A stretch of DNA of 64,000 nt from a virus. How positions within the stretch are numbered: the stretch's first letter is position 1; each line of letters opens with the position of its first letter. The translations under genes were made by a program, and so were the position numbers. The notes beneath the pieces are model-generated. The model ran no database searches. It was not told where the DNA came from and saw only the letters and a program-made list of their open reading frames with translations. Where the stretch lies: IMG/VR virus record IMGVR_UViG_3300011008_000186; one strand, 5' to 3'. Positions 1 through 9,276 of the stretch are shown piece by piece.

Positions 1-3000
1 AATCATAATAATCTCTTGCTATTGGTGTGTTTAGATTGTTTGCTACATCTGCTTCGAGCCATCTATACGTTTTCTTTATTTTTACAATCTTTCCGTTATG
101 TTCCTCTTCAAGTTCAATGCTGGATCCGGCCACGGAATAATATTTGCCATCTTTACAACGATACAATAATCCGCCACCGCATCCATCTTTTACTGGACAG
201 AAACTACTAACGCGTCCTACAAACTGATAGTTATGACCTTTAGCAATTTGATTTGACAATTGATCGAGATCTTCTCTCAAAATATCATTGTCGTTTTTGT
301 TAAGTTCTTTTAGTTTTTTGTCATACTCTTTTTCAAGCTCACTCACGTCGGGAAGGAACTCGTTCATGTCCAAATATAATGCTGAATCCCCAGTAACAGA
401 TTTAGTTTCGCACATATCGGAAAACTCGATCGGCTCTTTTGAGAACAATGTTTTAAATACATATGGAACTTGGAATTGAGTTCCGGTTGCATCCCATTTA
501 CCGTCGTGATAGCAAATGTAAACAGCATTATTCGCAAGACACATTTTGTCATATGTAGCTTCGTGCTCGAAGTTGTATCCATAAAGCTTTCCATAATCCA
601 TAACAAATTGAATTATTTCTGGCGTGGCATTAGGAATCTTAATCGAGTCGGTTTTGATATGGGCTACTGTAAAGCCTCTTTTCTGAACCTGATGCTTGAG
701 ATTTATCATAAACAAAGCACCACGCTTGGCTACGATGTTGTCTTTGTTTCTTGGATCTTTGAATGGATTCTCGAAACTTGCTGAAGTTAAACCATAGACC
801 GAATTAATTGCAATTTTCAAAGCCTGGGCCAACTGTTTTGCTTGATCAGGATCATCCAAATACTTGGCTAATTTACCATTAAATAGCTTCTTAGCCGATT
901 CAAAGTCCTTATGCTTAATGAAAATTCTGGCATTAACTATATCCTGAAAATTCTGAGTATATTTTCCGAATAACCATTCTGCTATAGCTGATGACGGATG
1001 CATAGATGCAATATCAAGAAGAGCTACATTATAGTAAATTCCAGGTTCTGCGTATACATATCCGCCTTCGCCAACTTCTTCGCCTCGATAGAGCGATTTA
1101 AATGCCCCTTTTTCGGTCTTTCCATTCTTAGACAATATCTTTACGTATTTGTACTCATAACCCGGAAATACGGGCTTCTCATCGCTTGTGAAGCATGTAT
1201 ACTCATCATCAAATAAGCAATGATCGGCACCTTCCGCCATGTTACGATAATTGAAACTTGATTGCGGATGCCTTTCGTTACCAAATATAATCTTTTGAGT
1301 CAGTTTAAATACTGCTTCGGTTGCTAATACATCATTGCAGCAATAACTAGCAACTTCTTCCCATCTGCTTTCCGGAACCGGTTCGTCCCAAGGAATACCA
1401 AGTTCTTTATGAACAATAGGCTGATACGGTTTTGAAATATAAAGTTGAACCGTATCTATAGGGATGTCGAGTTTTTTCGAAATTTCTTCATCACTTAGTC
1501 CGTCTTTATGGAACTTGTTAGCTTTGTCGTAATCGGACTGACATTTATTATTAAGCTCTATCTCCCATTTCTTAAGACTTTGCTTTTTACTACAATAATC
1601 ATAAATATCAGTGTACGACATGTCGTAAGCCGGACCATAAAATACAGACTTACTTTTATTTAGAATAATAGACTGTGATAATTCAAATAATCCCTCAAGG
1701 GTTAAATGCTGAATACGACCATAAACAATATGATTATCGTATTTTCGACAGTTAAACCCTACCAGTTTCTTTTTAGAAAATTCCAAACATTCATCTGGTG
1801 TAGGATTGATCATAGTGATCACTGGCATATCAACGTCGTAGTATTTCCAACAGATTACAAAAAGATTTTTAAATGTTTCGACATCATAAATTGTTACTGG
1901 CTCATTATCGTTTTCAACTTCGGCCACAGACCAATCAGTAATTTCTGAAACCTCTTCTTCGTGATCTTTGGACTTAAATTTAATAGTGTCAAGTAAGCCG
2001 AGACAATAATCTGCATGATGAGTGCTATTTGCTGCAAAATCCCAAATAAGTTCGTACATATCTGATAAATCGTATGAAATATCAGAATTGTAAGCATCTT
2101 GAAAAAGCTTTACGATGAAATCCATACTTGGTTTGGTACCAGGTTGGTATTCTTTGTGCATGGAATTAATTATCAATCGTCGTAAATGCTTTTCGTTTTG
2201 TATTTCCTTGCTGTTTACCACCTGGACCTCCTTTTTCAATGGTAAACCACTACTAATTGTTGCTATCGGCTGATCGTTGCATCGTGTGAGTTTTCGACGT
2301 AAAGCCCTCTTGCCTTCGCATATTTTTATCTCTATGTTTTCCGCATATATGTTATCCAGCTTCGACACGTCTCCTGTATAAATATAATGAAGATGTATTC
2401 CGGCATCGGACTTACTTGTTTCTGCATATGTTTTAGGCCAAGTGGATGCTGCTTTCTTATTTAGTTCAAAACTTTTATTTCCGTTTTCGTCTTTAAGATC
2501 AAAGTCAACAAAAATATGTGCCATCCCATTGATTTCCGGAGCTAAAATATAATGAAGCTTCGTAGTATCAAGATCTGATAATTTTGTTTTTACTTTATCC
2601 CATGCCGTTCTTGGGCGATCACGTCCATCAGCTAATACCGTGGCATATTGTGCAGTACAGTCCTTTAAAATATCATCAAGAATGCTGTCTCTTAGTTTCA
2701 GATCAAGCCAATCGTTTGGGGAAGTTTTTTCTGAATTTTCACCCTGGGAATTTTCTTCAAAACTTTTATAGTTTTTCTTGAAAAGTCCGGTTTTAAATCC
2801 AGAATAGACTGATCTGGTACGAGCATTGTCGTTTGAACGAATATCAAATTTTTCGAAATAATTTTTCAATTCTTCTTTGAACGCTCTTTTAGAAAATGGA
2901 TAAGGTACCTTAGCATCTTCGCAGTATTCTTTGTACATTTCGTAAGCTGTAGCCAATGAGATCGAATCTTCTTTTTTAAAAACGAAATACGAGTCAAGAA

Positions 3001-4087
3001 CAAAATCGTAGAAATCATTTGATGCATCGATCATAGTTTCGGGAATATAATCATCATATGCACTGGGATCGGATTCATAAACCTGTTTACAATGATATGC
3101 TATCCCTCCTAATTCGAAGTCAATGTCTTTTATCAAACGCCTGTATTCTTTTGGTGGGATTAATTTTCCGGTTGGACTTACGTCAATCAAACGTCTGATG
3201 ATGCCGGACTTTGCATCGGTAATCCTGACTGGTTTATTAGTTCCCATAAATAAAAAAGAATTAAATCGCATGTTATATAAACCTTTGAACTTTTCATTCA
3301 CTGGCATTTCCTCATGTGATGTTAAAGAATTTAATTTGGTATTGTCTTCGATTCGTGATAGATCGCCGTCATGCTGTATGGCGACTAGTGGATTGTCTTT
3401 CAATGACTCCAAAGCAAATGCGTTTCCTGCTTGTCCCAAAGCCTTTGCGTCGAACGTTCCGTAATATCCAGCGAATAGCTTTTGAATGATATTAAGAACA
3501 GTTGACTTTCCTGTTCCACTTGCGCCATACAGCACTAAAAACTTTTGAATTTTCTTACTGGCACCATTTATTATAGCACCAATCGCCCATTCAATTTTCT
3601 TACGCTCTTTCTCGGAATATAATACGGACATCAGAGTATCGTATGCTGGCGTTTTACATTCTTCCAAAGCATATTCTACTCTCTTTGATGAGTAGTCGCT
3701 TTTCTCCGTTTTATCGTTTAAGAATATAATTTTTTCATCAAGAGGTTTCCAGTTTTCTCTTAAATCTTTCGTGCAGTATGTATGCCACGAGTTTATTATT
3801 CTTGTTGACGATGCCTTTATATGGAGAACTTTAACTCTGGGAACGTCTTCGTATTTGTTTTTTAACTCCTCCCGATACTTTTCGGCGTAATTGTCCAGTT
3901 CTCTATCGATAATATCAAGCACATCTTGCTCGTCAGTGCTCCAACGATGTTCTTCCTCCAGCCAAATAGCATAGAAGTCTTTTCCTCGAATCATTAAATC
4001 TTTCGACTTAATTATCTTAAATTCCGGATAGACTTCCACAACTCCTTTCTTCCCGGGACGGGTTAAAATTTGAAGGAAGTCGAACAC
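1..4087 (-). CDS. Fused replicase: SF3 (D5-like) helicase + AEP primase + family-B DNA polymerase; C-terminus runs off the left edge
   Basis: Hand translation of the minus strand is stop-free from GTG at 4087 (AAGGGGG SD, directly after the TAA of the upstream gene) to nt 1. It is absent from the ORF track only because no stop lies in the window. Walker A LYGASGTGKST (~3500-3535). AEP DFD (~2490-2510) and GIHLHY (~2385-2402). PolB ExoI YDVET (~1875-1890), ExoII YDNH (~1730-1745), ExoIII YCCND (1331-1345), motif A LDIASMHPS (~992-1018), motif B KIAINSVYG (~791-817), motif C IKTDS (~641-661). Confidence 0.85.
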   Translation of the reverse strand, partial: MFDFLQILTRPGKKGVVEVYPEFKIIKSKDLMIRGKDFYAIWLEEEHRWSTDEQDVLDIIDRELDNYAEKYREELKNKYEDVPRVKVLHIKASSTRIINSWHTYCTKDLRENWKPLDEKIIFLNDKTEKSDYSSKRVEYALEECKTPAYDTLMSVLYSEKERKKIEWAIGAIINGASKKIQKFLVLYGASGTGKSTVLNIIQKLFAGYYGTFDAKALGQAGNAFALESLKDNPLVAIQHDGDLSRIEDNTKLNSLTSHEEMPVNEKFKGLYNMRFNSFLFMGTNKPVRITDAKSGIIRRLIDVSPTGKLIPPKEYRRLIKDIDFELGGIAYHCKQVYESDPSAYDDYIPETMIDASNDFYDFVLDSYFVFKKEDSISLATAYEMYKEYCEDAKVPYPFSKRAFKEELKNYFEKFDIRSNDNARTRSVYSGFKTGLFKKNYKSFEENSQGENSEKTSPNDWLDLKLRDSILDDILKDCTAQYATVLADGRDRPRTAWDKVKTKLSDLDTTKLHYILAPEINGMAHIFVDFDLKDENGNKSFELNKKAASTWPKTYAETSKSDAGIHLHYIYTGDVSKLDNIYAENIEIKICEGKRALRRKLTRCNDQPIATISSGLPLKKEVQVVNSKEIQNEKHLRRLIINSMHKEYQPGTKPSMDFIVKLFQDAYNSDISYDLSDMYELIWDFAANSTHHADYCLGLLDTIKFKSKDHEEEVSEITDWSVAEVENDNEPVTIYDVETFKNLFVICWKYYDVDMPVITMINPTPDECLEFSKKKLVGFNCRKYDNHIVYGRIQHLTLEGLFELSQSIILNKSKSVFYGPAYDMSYTDIYDYCSKKQSLKKWEIELNNKCQSDYDKANKFHKDGLSDEEISKKLDIPIDTVQLYISKPYQPIVHKELGIPWDEPVPESRWEEVASYCCNDVLATEAVFKLTQKIIFGNERHPQSSFNYRNMAEGADHCLFDDEYTCFTSDEKPVFPGYEYKYVKILSKNGKTEKGAFKSLYRGEEVGEGGYVYAEPGIYYNVALLDIASMHPSSAIAEWLFGKYTQNFQDIVNARIFIKHKDFESAKKLFNGKLAKYLDDPDQAKQLAQALKIAINSVYGLTSASFENPFKDPRNKDNIVAKRGALFMINLKHQVQKRGFTVAHIKTDSIKIPNATPEIIQFVMDYGKLYGYNFEHEATYDKMCLANNAVYICYHDGKWDATGTQFQVPYVFKTLFSKEPIEFSDMCETKSVTGDSALYLDMNEFLPDVSELEKEYDKKLKELNKNDNDILREDLDQLSNQIAKGHNYQFVGRVSSFCPVKDGCGGGLLYRCKDGKYYSVAGSSIELEEEHNGKIVKIKKTYRWLEADVANNLNTPIARDYYD
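1204..1335. repeat. Repeat locus A: 99-bp exact copy (1204-1302) plus 15-bp (1303-1317) and 20-bp (1316-1335) segments shared with 10298-10450
   Basis: Base-by-base comparison: 1204-1302 is identical to 10312-10410. CATCAT direct repeats at 1204-1209 and 1330-1335 bracket a 126-bp in-frame unit inside the polymerase ORF. Confidence 0.9.
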
Positions 4088-4093
4088 ATCGCT

Positions 4094-4543
4094 TTACCCC
4101 CTTTTGTTGAGGTCATCGATTTTGTGATCGAGATAAGAAACTTCACTCTTGAGTTCATCAACATCGGAATTAAGTCTCTCTTTTTCCTTTTCTAACTTTG
4201 TGAGTTGCTTATTGATAACCATAAGACTAATAAAAGTACCAATCATGCCGATGCCCACTCCGATTATTGCTCTATTATGTGCGACAGCTAATTTGTTCAT
4301 GCCTTTCGCCATCGATACGTCATTTGACGATAGTGTCGATGATAGCGTCAGTAAACCTGTGCCAATCACAGCTTGACTTTCTTTGAGATCACCGATATCC
4401 CTCGTATTAGTGATAACCTGATCACTTAAACTGTTAGGTTTGTCTCCGTTTCCATACGGATATCTTCCAGATTTGGGCTGCTGTATATTGGTGCTATTCT
4501 TATTTTCATTGCTCATTAAAATATCATCCTTTCTAAATTTCAT
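4094..4543 (-). CDS. Hypothetical protein with a hydrophobic segment and a C-terminal coiled coil
   Basis: ORF track. Hydrophobic IIGVGIGMIGTFISLMVI followed by a heptad-like KLEKEKERLNSDVDELK. An alternative start at 4516 has a better SD. Confidence 0.6.
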   Translation of the reverse strand: MKFRKDDILMSNENKNSTNIQQPKSGRYPYGNGDKPNSLSDQVITNTRDIGDLKESQAVIGTGLLTLSSTLSSNDVSMAKGMNKLAVAHNRAIIGVGIGMIGTFISLMVINKQLTKLEKEKERLNSDVDELKSEVSYLDHKIDDLNKRG

Positions 4544-5051
4544 CTAAATAATATTGCATCTGATACCAAATTTCGATTCGTCTCATATCAACGTTTCGCG
4601 ATTTGATTGTAAATAATCCACCTCGACCATTGGCGTCATATTCACGATTTAAAAATCTGGATAAGATAAAATCGACATAATCGTCATTGAAATTATCATT
4701 AGTCATATCTAACAGTTCCATACTGTCAATCATTTTCCAAAACCATTCGGAAGCTCGATTGCCTATATCCGGATCACTCATAATGTCAATTTCAATTCGA
4801 TTAGCTAAAGCCACCATCATTTCGAGAACGCTACACGGCTTTTGTTCTAAATACTCCGGCCAAGTCAACAGTTCCATTTCACGCAGATAATCTTTTCGCA
4901 AGTCGATTCCATCTTTTATCCGATTCACATCTAACAGAATTTTATATGTGAATTCCGTAGAATATAAAGTTTCTAATAACCTTGAATATTTACGAATACT
5001 GGAGTTATCGCAAACCAGATTAGTTAACCAAATATAATATTCGTCGTGCAT
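4533..5051 (-). CDS. Hypothetical protein
   Basis: 172-aa ORF, start overlaps the upstream stop (ATGA-type coupling), coding-like composition. Confidence 0.6.
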   Translation of the reverse strand: MHDEYYIWLTNLVCDNSSIRKYSRLLETLYSTEFTYKILLDVNRIKDGIDLRKDYLREMELLTWPEYLEQKPCSVLEMMVALANRIEIDIMSDPDIGNRASEWFWKMIDSMELLDMTNDNFNDDYVDFILSRFLNREYDANGRGGLFTIKSRNVDMRRIEIWYQMQYYLDEI

Positions 5052-5674
5052 TATTCTCCATACGAATCCAGATCAAAGACAATCTTGTAATCGGTTTCAT
5101 ACAGATCATTTCTCATGTACAGAATTTCCTGTCCATCTTCGAGATATGAAGCAAAATCAAGGCCGACGAATCGATCAATATCATTAGGGCTGAGCATTTC
5201 ATCGTCTTCTGTAAAAAGATGAATCATATCATTGCAGCCCAGCTCAACACATGAATAATCTTCAATTGCTCCATAATCCGATTCGGATATAGGTCTCGGC
5301 AGCTGGCTGAATGAATTCTCAACTACTTCTTCGTCGTCAGGATCCAAATGTGTATATCCCTCCGGAAGATTATCGGTCGGATATTCTTCTTCGGCAGATG
5401 CAGGATCCACTGTCTTCGTATAGTCAACTTTGTTCGTTGAATAGTTTTCATAATATTCTGCCAGAGGCGTCTTATCATCAATGACGTTCGGTTTTTCTTC
5501 TTCCACGCCATTCGAATAGGTTGGTTCGTCTACGCCTAAATACTCGTGCAGCTGCTTTACTTCTTCTGTTAATCTGGATTCAAAATATAATTTTTTAGCA
5601 AGAACATAACCGGCTGCGACTCCAGCACCCAGTCCGGTTATTCCACTAATTGCTATTAACGCATTTTTGTTCAT
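5051..5674 (-). CDS. N-terminally membrane-anchored acidic protein
   Basis: ORF with SD AAGGAG. N-terminal helix ALIAISGITGLGAGVAAGYVLA, remainder D/E-rich. Confidence 0.6.
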   Translation of the reverse strand: MNKNALIAISGITGLGAGVAAGYVLAKKLYFESRLTEEVKQLHEYLGVDEPTYSNGVEEEKPNVIDDKTPLAEYYENYSTNKVDYTKTVDPASAEEEYPTDNLPEGYTHLDPDDEEVVENSFSQLPRPISESDYGAIEDYSCVELGCNDMIHLFTEDDEMLSPNDIDRFVGLDFASYLEDGQEILYMRNDLYETDYKIVFDLDSYGE

Positions 5675-5690
5675 AATTAGATCTCCTTAT

Positions 5691-5762
5691 TTAAATATAG
5701 CCATGGATAATCAAACATATCCTGATTTAAAATATAGCCATGGATAATCAAACATATCCTGT
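5691..5762. repeat. Tandem direct repeat, 2 x ~35 bp, intergenic
   Basis: aaatatagccatggataatcaaacatatcctg occurs twice back to back, immediately upstream (minus sense) of the SD of 5051-5674. Contains the CCATGG palindrome. Confidence 0.85.
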
Positions 5763-5789
5763 TCAGTTCCGCTCCCGAACCCGGCGATA

Positions 5790-6704
5790 TCAGGGCAACA
5801 ATTGCCAAATTGGATGCTTGTCACAATTTAATCTAATCCAAATCCAAGGATCTTTTCCCTTTAAGAAATTGGACCATGATTCCGAGTCACGCATAAGATC
5901 GAAACTAACATGATTTTCAAGATTTGGATCGCTTGTATCATAAATCCAACCATATTTTTGTCCGTATTCAGTGCATTTAACTCTGAGCTTTTTACGAACA
6001 TCATTCTGGAAGAGGATTTTGTCAGCTTTCAAATCTCTGTCACAGTCTTTTTCTATTGCCTGAAGCATGCTCAAAATAGATCCCGGATCTTCATCGTGCA
6101 TCCAAAATGGATGCTTGCCTTTCTCGATTAAAATCGTATTAGTAATGTCAATCAGATCATTTTTAGGTTTGCGAATTGTAGTTGCGTTGCCGTCATTATC
6201 AACGTCAATATATTCTTCTACCTTATCGCCATCCCGAAGATCGTAATATGCTTCTTCTCCGTACTTTTCTTTGAATTTCTTTACAAATTCATCGAACGTT
6301 GCAGAAAGCGCAGCATATGCGGATGTAGCAACTGCCAATCGGCCATCGACAATCTTCTTTGCAGAAAGCATGCTAATAATTGACGCCGCCTGAAGACCAA
6401 CTGCTGGGGCGAATAAAATGGCTATCTTTCCAAGGTATCTTGCATAAATACGGGTCATTTCACGACCCATATCCCCGGGGTTATCCGAATATCTTTCCTG
6501 ACAATCGATAATCTCTGCTTTGAAGTCTTCAATGATCGGAGGAAGTTTCATGCCACCTCTGATCGCAAATGCCATACTACCGATACCAGTAGCAATCGAT
6601 ACGCCAGTTAATATCTCTGGCGATTTCTGTTGAACTTTTAACAGAAATTTGTTTTTGGGTACTACTAGATTGTTCAAAATATAATTCTCCTTTCTATCAT
6701 TCAT
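5790..6704 (-). CDS. Membrane protein (two hydrophobic helices), paralogous architecture to 8058-8831 and 9277-9933
   Basis: ORF track. Helices ILTGVSIATGIGSMAFAI and IAILFAPAVGLQAASIISML. Confidence 0.55.
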   Translation of the reverse strand: MNDRKENYILNNLVVPKNKFLLKVQQKSPEILTGVSIATGIGSMAFAIRGGMKLPPIIEDFKAEIIDCQERYSDNPGDMGREMTRIYARYLGKIAILFAPAVGLQAASIISMLSAKKIVDGRLAVATSAYAALSATFDEFVKKFKEKYGEEAYYDLRDGDKVEEYIDVDNDGNATTIRKPKNDLIDITNTILIEKGKHPFWMHDEDPGSILSMLQAIEKDCDRDLKADKILFQNDVRKKLRVKCTEYGQKYGWIYDTSDPNLENHVSFDLMRDSESWSNFLKGKDPWIWIRLNCDKHPIWQLLP

Positions 6705-7305
6705 CTAACGGAACAGCTTTGGGTAAATCCAAATACCATTTTCCTCCGGACGAAACAACTCGCGCCTCGTCTTCCGCAAGACTATACCAACCATATCTTG
6801 CATCGGCCGGACTTCCAACAGGCTTTCCGTTTTCATCCATAGTTTCGGCAAGATCATACATATCTCGTACAGAACATACTTTGTATCTGTTTATTGCGGC
6901 TCGCATATTCATTAACACTTTTTCTGCTTTGCCCATCGAGGTAAATTCGACATCTGCATAATCATATACGGATGTATACTTTTTGTTCAGACGAGACGAT
7001 GAAGAAAGCTGGCTTTGGGTCGACGGCTTCTTATAATATCTTTCATAAGATACCGAATCTTCCCGGCTTCTCGATCTGGATACACCAGACGAATTACCCC
7101 AAAGCAAAGCGTGTGTTCCTTTACTTATAGTGTCATCGAGAAGATTTTTGACAGCTGGTATTAAAATATCTTTTACGATATAGTTTCCAACCGACGCCAA
7201 ACTTTCAGGAAAAAATGTTTTAACTGCACTCCTGGTCGAGTTTCTTTTTACAAGATACGTTTGATCTACTACTGGCTCTAAACGTTTTTCTTTTTCGTCG
7301 GCCAT
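6697..7305 (-). CDS. Hypothetical protein
   Basis: 202-aa ORF, overlaps its neighbours by a few nt (operon-like). Confidence 0.6.
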   Translation of the reverse strand: MADEKEKRLEPVVDQTYLVKRNSTRSAVKTFFPESLASVGNYIVKDILIPAVKNLLDDTISKGTHALLWGNSSGVSRSRSREDSVSYERYYKKPSTQSQLSSSSRLNKKYTSVYDYADVEFTSMGKAEKVLMNMRAAINRYKVCSVRDMYDLAETMDENGKPVGSPADARYGWYSLAEDEARVVSSGGKWYLDLPKAVPLDE

Positions 7306-7506
7306 TTAGTAACTCCTTTCTATTTTTCCAGGTAACTCAATTTTAGTTTTCTGGATTTGATTATTGGATTTCTTAAATTGATACATAAAATTCGATTTTG
7401 CTTTCTTTTCGGAAGGAGCCATTGTTTCTGCCTTCCAGTTGTAAGCCAATATCTTTCCAAACTGAGTCACCGGACCTGTATAACTATACTTGTACATTCG
7501 ATCCAT
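7306..7506 (-). CDS. Small basic hypothetical protein
   Basis: 66-aa ORF. Start context GGAGGATTATATTTATG. Confidence 0.5.
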   Translation of the reverse strand: MDRMYKYSYTGPVTQFGKILAYNWKAETMAPSEKKAKSNFMYQFKKSNNQIQKTKIELPGKIERSY

Positions 7507-7537
7507 AAATATAATCCTCCTTCCTAATAAAAAAGCT

Positions 7538-7578
7538 GAAAAAAAAAGAAGAGGGCTCTAAAAAGAGCCGCTCCTCTT
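7538..7578 (-). terminator. Rho-independent terminator
   Basis: Minus strand GGCTCT-TTTT-AGAGCC hairpin with extended stem, followed by CTCTTCTTTTTTTTT. Confidence 0.7.
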
Positions 7579-7609
7579 AATTGCTGAAACTAATTCTTAA
7601 TTATTAGAA

Positions 7610-7951
7610 TTATTCTTCTTCGTCATCGGTTACATCATCAACAGAATTGATGATCTTATTGAGTTCTGCTTTTCTGTTGAGAATATCTCGGTAATCCTTC
7701 TCAAGACGTTTCTCTTTCTTCTCAAGCCGCTTATAAGCTCTTCTTGCTTTCTTGTCCTCTGGCGTGAGTTTGTTCACAAGTGTTATCACGCCATATGCAA
7801 GTGCAGGAATAGCTGCTGCTGCTCCGAGACCGCCTACGAGAATACTCTTGGTGTCAGGATGCCACTTTGTTGCTTCATCAACAGGAACCTCAATCTTTGA
7901 TTCCATCATCTCTGCATTTACGATTTCTTCGTTAACCATGTTACTTTCCAT
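7610..7951 (-). CDS. Single-pass membrane / coiled-coil protein
   Basis: ORF with SD AGGAGG. Helix ILVGGLGAAAAIPALAYGVITLV, then a K/R/E-rich tail. Confidence 0.55.
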   Translation of the reverse strand: MESNMVNEEIVNAEMMESKIEVPVDEATKWHPDTKSILVGGLGAAAAIPALAYGVITLVNKLTPEDKKARRAYKRLEKKEKRLEKDYRDILNRKAELNKIINSVDDVTDDEEE

Positions 7952-8006
7952 TTTTAATTCCTCCTAAAATATAATTAATTTAAATTAGTTTTGAAGATTG
8001 ATTATC

Positions 8007-8035
8007 TTCATATAAGCATATTAATTTTTCGCGAA
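8007..8035 (-). promoter_or_regulatory. TTCGCGAA-type promoter-like element, copy 1
   Basis: Minus strand TTCGCGAAAAATTAATATGCTTATATGAAG, ~55 nt upstream of the 7951 start. Confidence 0.5.
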
Positions 8036-8057
8036 GCATTCTTTTTAATTTAAAATA

Positions 8058-8831
8058 TCAACCATACCGATGCACATAATCAGCATGGAAATCCACTCCG
8101 ATCTCAACTACAATCGCAGCTTCGCCAGTTGCAGGACAAGAAACAGTATAATGTTCAATATCTAACGAGAGATTCTTAAGATCACCCTCATCGAGTCCCA
8201 ATTCCCATCCTATGCGACAATAATCAAGATCAAGAAAGTTTCTCCAATCATTTAATGCAGCATTACCGTTTGCTATTTCATCTTTTAATCTCGTGAAAGC
8301 TTCGGCCACCGCGGCGTGACTGGACCTAAAGAATTTATCACTTTGAGGTTCGTAGAATAGAATCTCTCCATGATTTGTCGTAGCTATATCGGATACATCG
8401 TAATGATCTTTATTGTCCTCAACAATTTCTTTACGAACTTGATCCTCTATAACTTTTGTTGCTTCCTCGCCAATTTGTTTCTTTGTTTCTTCCAAAAGTT
8501 TTTCTTTACTGGCTTCGGCCAAAGCAAGGCCTGCCTGAAGCGTATTAACACGTTTCTCTTGGTCGACATCCGAAACTACTATTGCCGACGTGGAAGCAAT
8601 CGCTACGGAGAAGGGAACTACATAGTACTTCCATCCGATTTTAATAATTTGTTTTGGAGTAAGTTTATCAACCCCAAGACGTTCTTTTTCGGCATCTACT
8701 GCTCTCGTAGCTTTAACTGTTCTGCATACAGCCCAGACAGAAGCTCCCCACATGCCGGCAACACCAACGCCGGTTAATATTTTGCTTCGGTTTTGAGCCA
8801 TAAACTTAGAAAAGTTACTGCTTGCTTTCAT
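8058..8831 (-). CDS. Membrane protein (paralogous architecture to 5790-6704)
   Basis: ORF track. Helices ILTGVGVAGMWGASVWAV and YYVVPFSVAIASTSAIVV, followed by a coiled-coil-like segment. Confidence 0.55.
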   Translation of the reverse strand: MKASSNFSKFMAQNRSKILTGVGVAGMWGASVWAVCRTVKATRAVDAEKERLGVDKLTPKQIIKIGWKYYVVPFSVAIASTSAIVVSDVDQEKRVNTLQAGLALAEASKEKLLEETKKQIGEEATKVIEDQVRKEIVEDNKDHYDVSDIATTNHGEILFYEPQSDKFFRSSHAAVAEAFTRLKDEIANGNAALNDWRNFLDLDYCRIGWELGLDEGDLKNLSLDIEHYTVSCPATGEAAIVVEIGVDFHADYVHRYG

Positions 8832-8833
8832 TG

Positions 8834-9016
8834 TTACTCCTTCCCTTCGGTGGTAACAGGTTCGTTTTTGTCTTTCTTGGGCAGAAGCTTAATATCACAG
8901 ATTCGCTTTGTCGGATCTATTACTGACGCTCCGATTGTTGCAAATCCGGCTATTGCGCCAAGTGATACAGATAGAATCTGTAGCCCTACTCCAATAGGCA
9001 TGTTTTTGATTGACAT
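8834..9016 (-). CDS. Small membrane protein
   Basis: 60-aa ORF, hydrophobic GVGLQILSVSLGAIAGFATIGA. Confidence 0.45.
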   Translation of the reverse strand: MSIKNMPIGVGLQILSVSLGAIAGFATIGASVIDPTKRICDIKLLPKKDKNEPVTTEGKE

Positions 9017-9046
9017 AGTTACAAATCTCCTTTCAATTAAAAATAT

Positions 9047-9083
9047 ATAAAAAAGAAAAGAGGAGACTTTTTTAAATCTCCTC
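9047..9083 (-). terminator. Rho-independent terminator
   Basis: GAGGAGA/TCTCCTC 7-bp stem followed by a T-run on the minus strand. Confidence 0.65.
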
Positions 9084-9092
9084 TAATCTTAA

Positions 9093-9212
9093 TTAACCTT
9101 TTCTTCCAAATCGCTTGGAAGGATTTACACAAAAGGTACCAATAATAGTTACAATACTGCCCGCACATGTTAATACTGCTCCTGCAATTAAAACTAATAC
9201 TACTACTAACAT
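9093..9212 (-). CDS. 39-aa hydrophobic micro-protein (below the ORF-track cutoff)
   Basis: Hand translation gives MLVVVLVLIAGAVLTCAGSIVTIIGTFCVNPSKRFGRKG. SD AGGAGGATTAATAAAATG. Has its own promoter-like element and terminator. Confidence 0.4.
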   Translation of the reverse strand: MLVVVLVLIAGAVLTCAGSIVTIIGTFCVNPSKRFGRKG

Positions 9213-9243
9213 TTTATTAATCCTCCTATTTTGTGAAAGTTTA

Positions 9244-9275
9244 TTCTTATCATAATAGAGGACTAAAATTTCGCG
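9244..9275 (-). promoter_or_regulatory. TTCGCGAA-type promoter-like element, copy 2 (variant CCGCGAAA)
   Basis: Minus strand CCGCGAAATTTTAGTCCTCTATTATGATAAG. Confidence 0.45.
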
Positions 9276-9276
9276 G

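Noticed and set aside
1-4090. The lack of any long ORF in the supplied track over the first 4 kb suggested stop-codon reassignment (TAG or TGA recoding).
   Set aside because: Hand translation shows one continuous standard-code ORF on the minus strand. It is missing from the track only because its stop lies beyond the window edge. TAA, TAG and TGA all terminate well-supported genes elsewhere in the window.
5691-5762. Leader peptides MFDYPWLYF... encoded in the 35-bp tandem repeat.
   Set aside because: The AGGA is only 1 nt from the ATG, so there is no functional SD spacing. It is kept only as a repeat.
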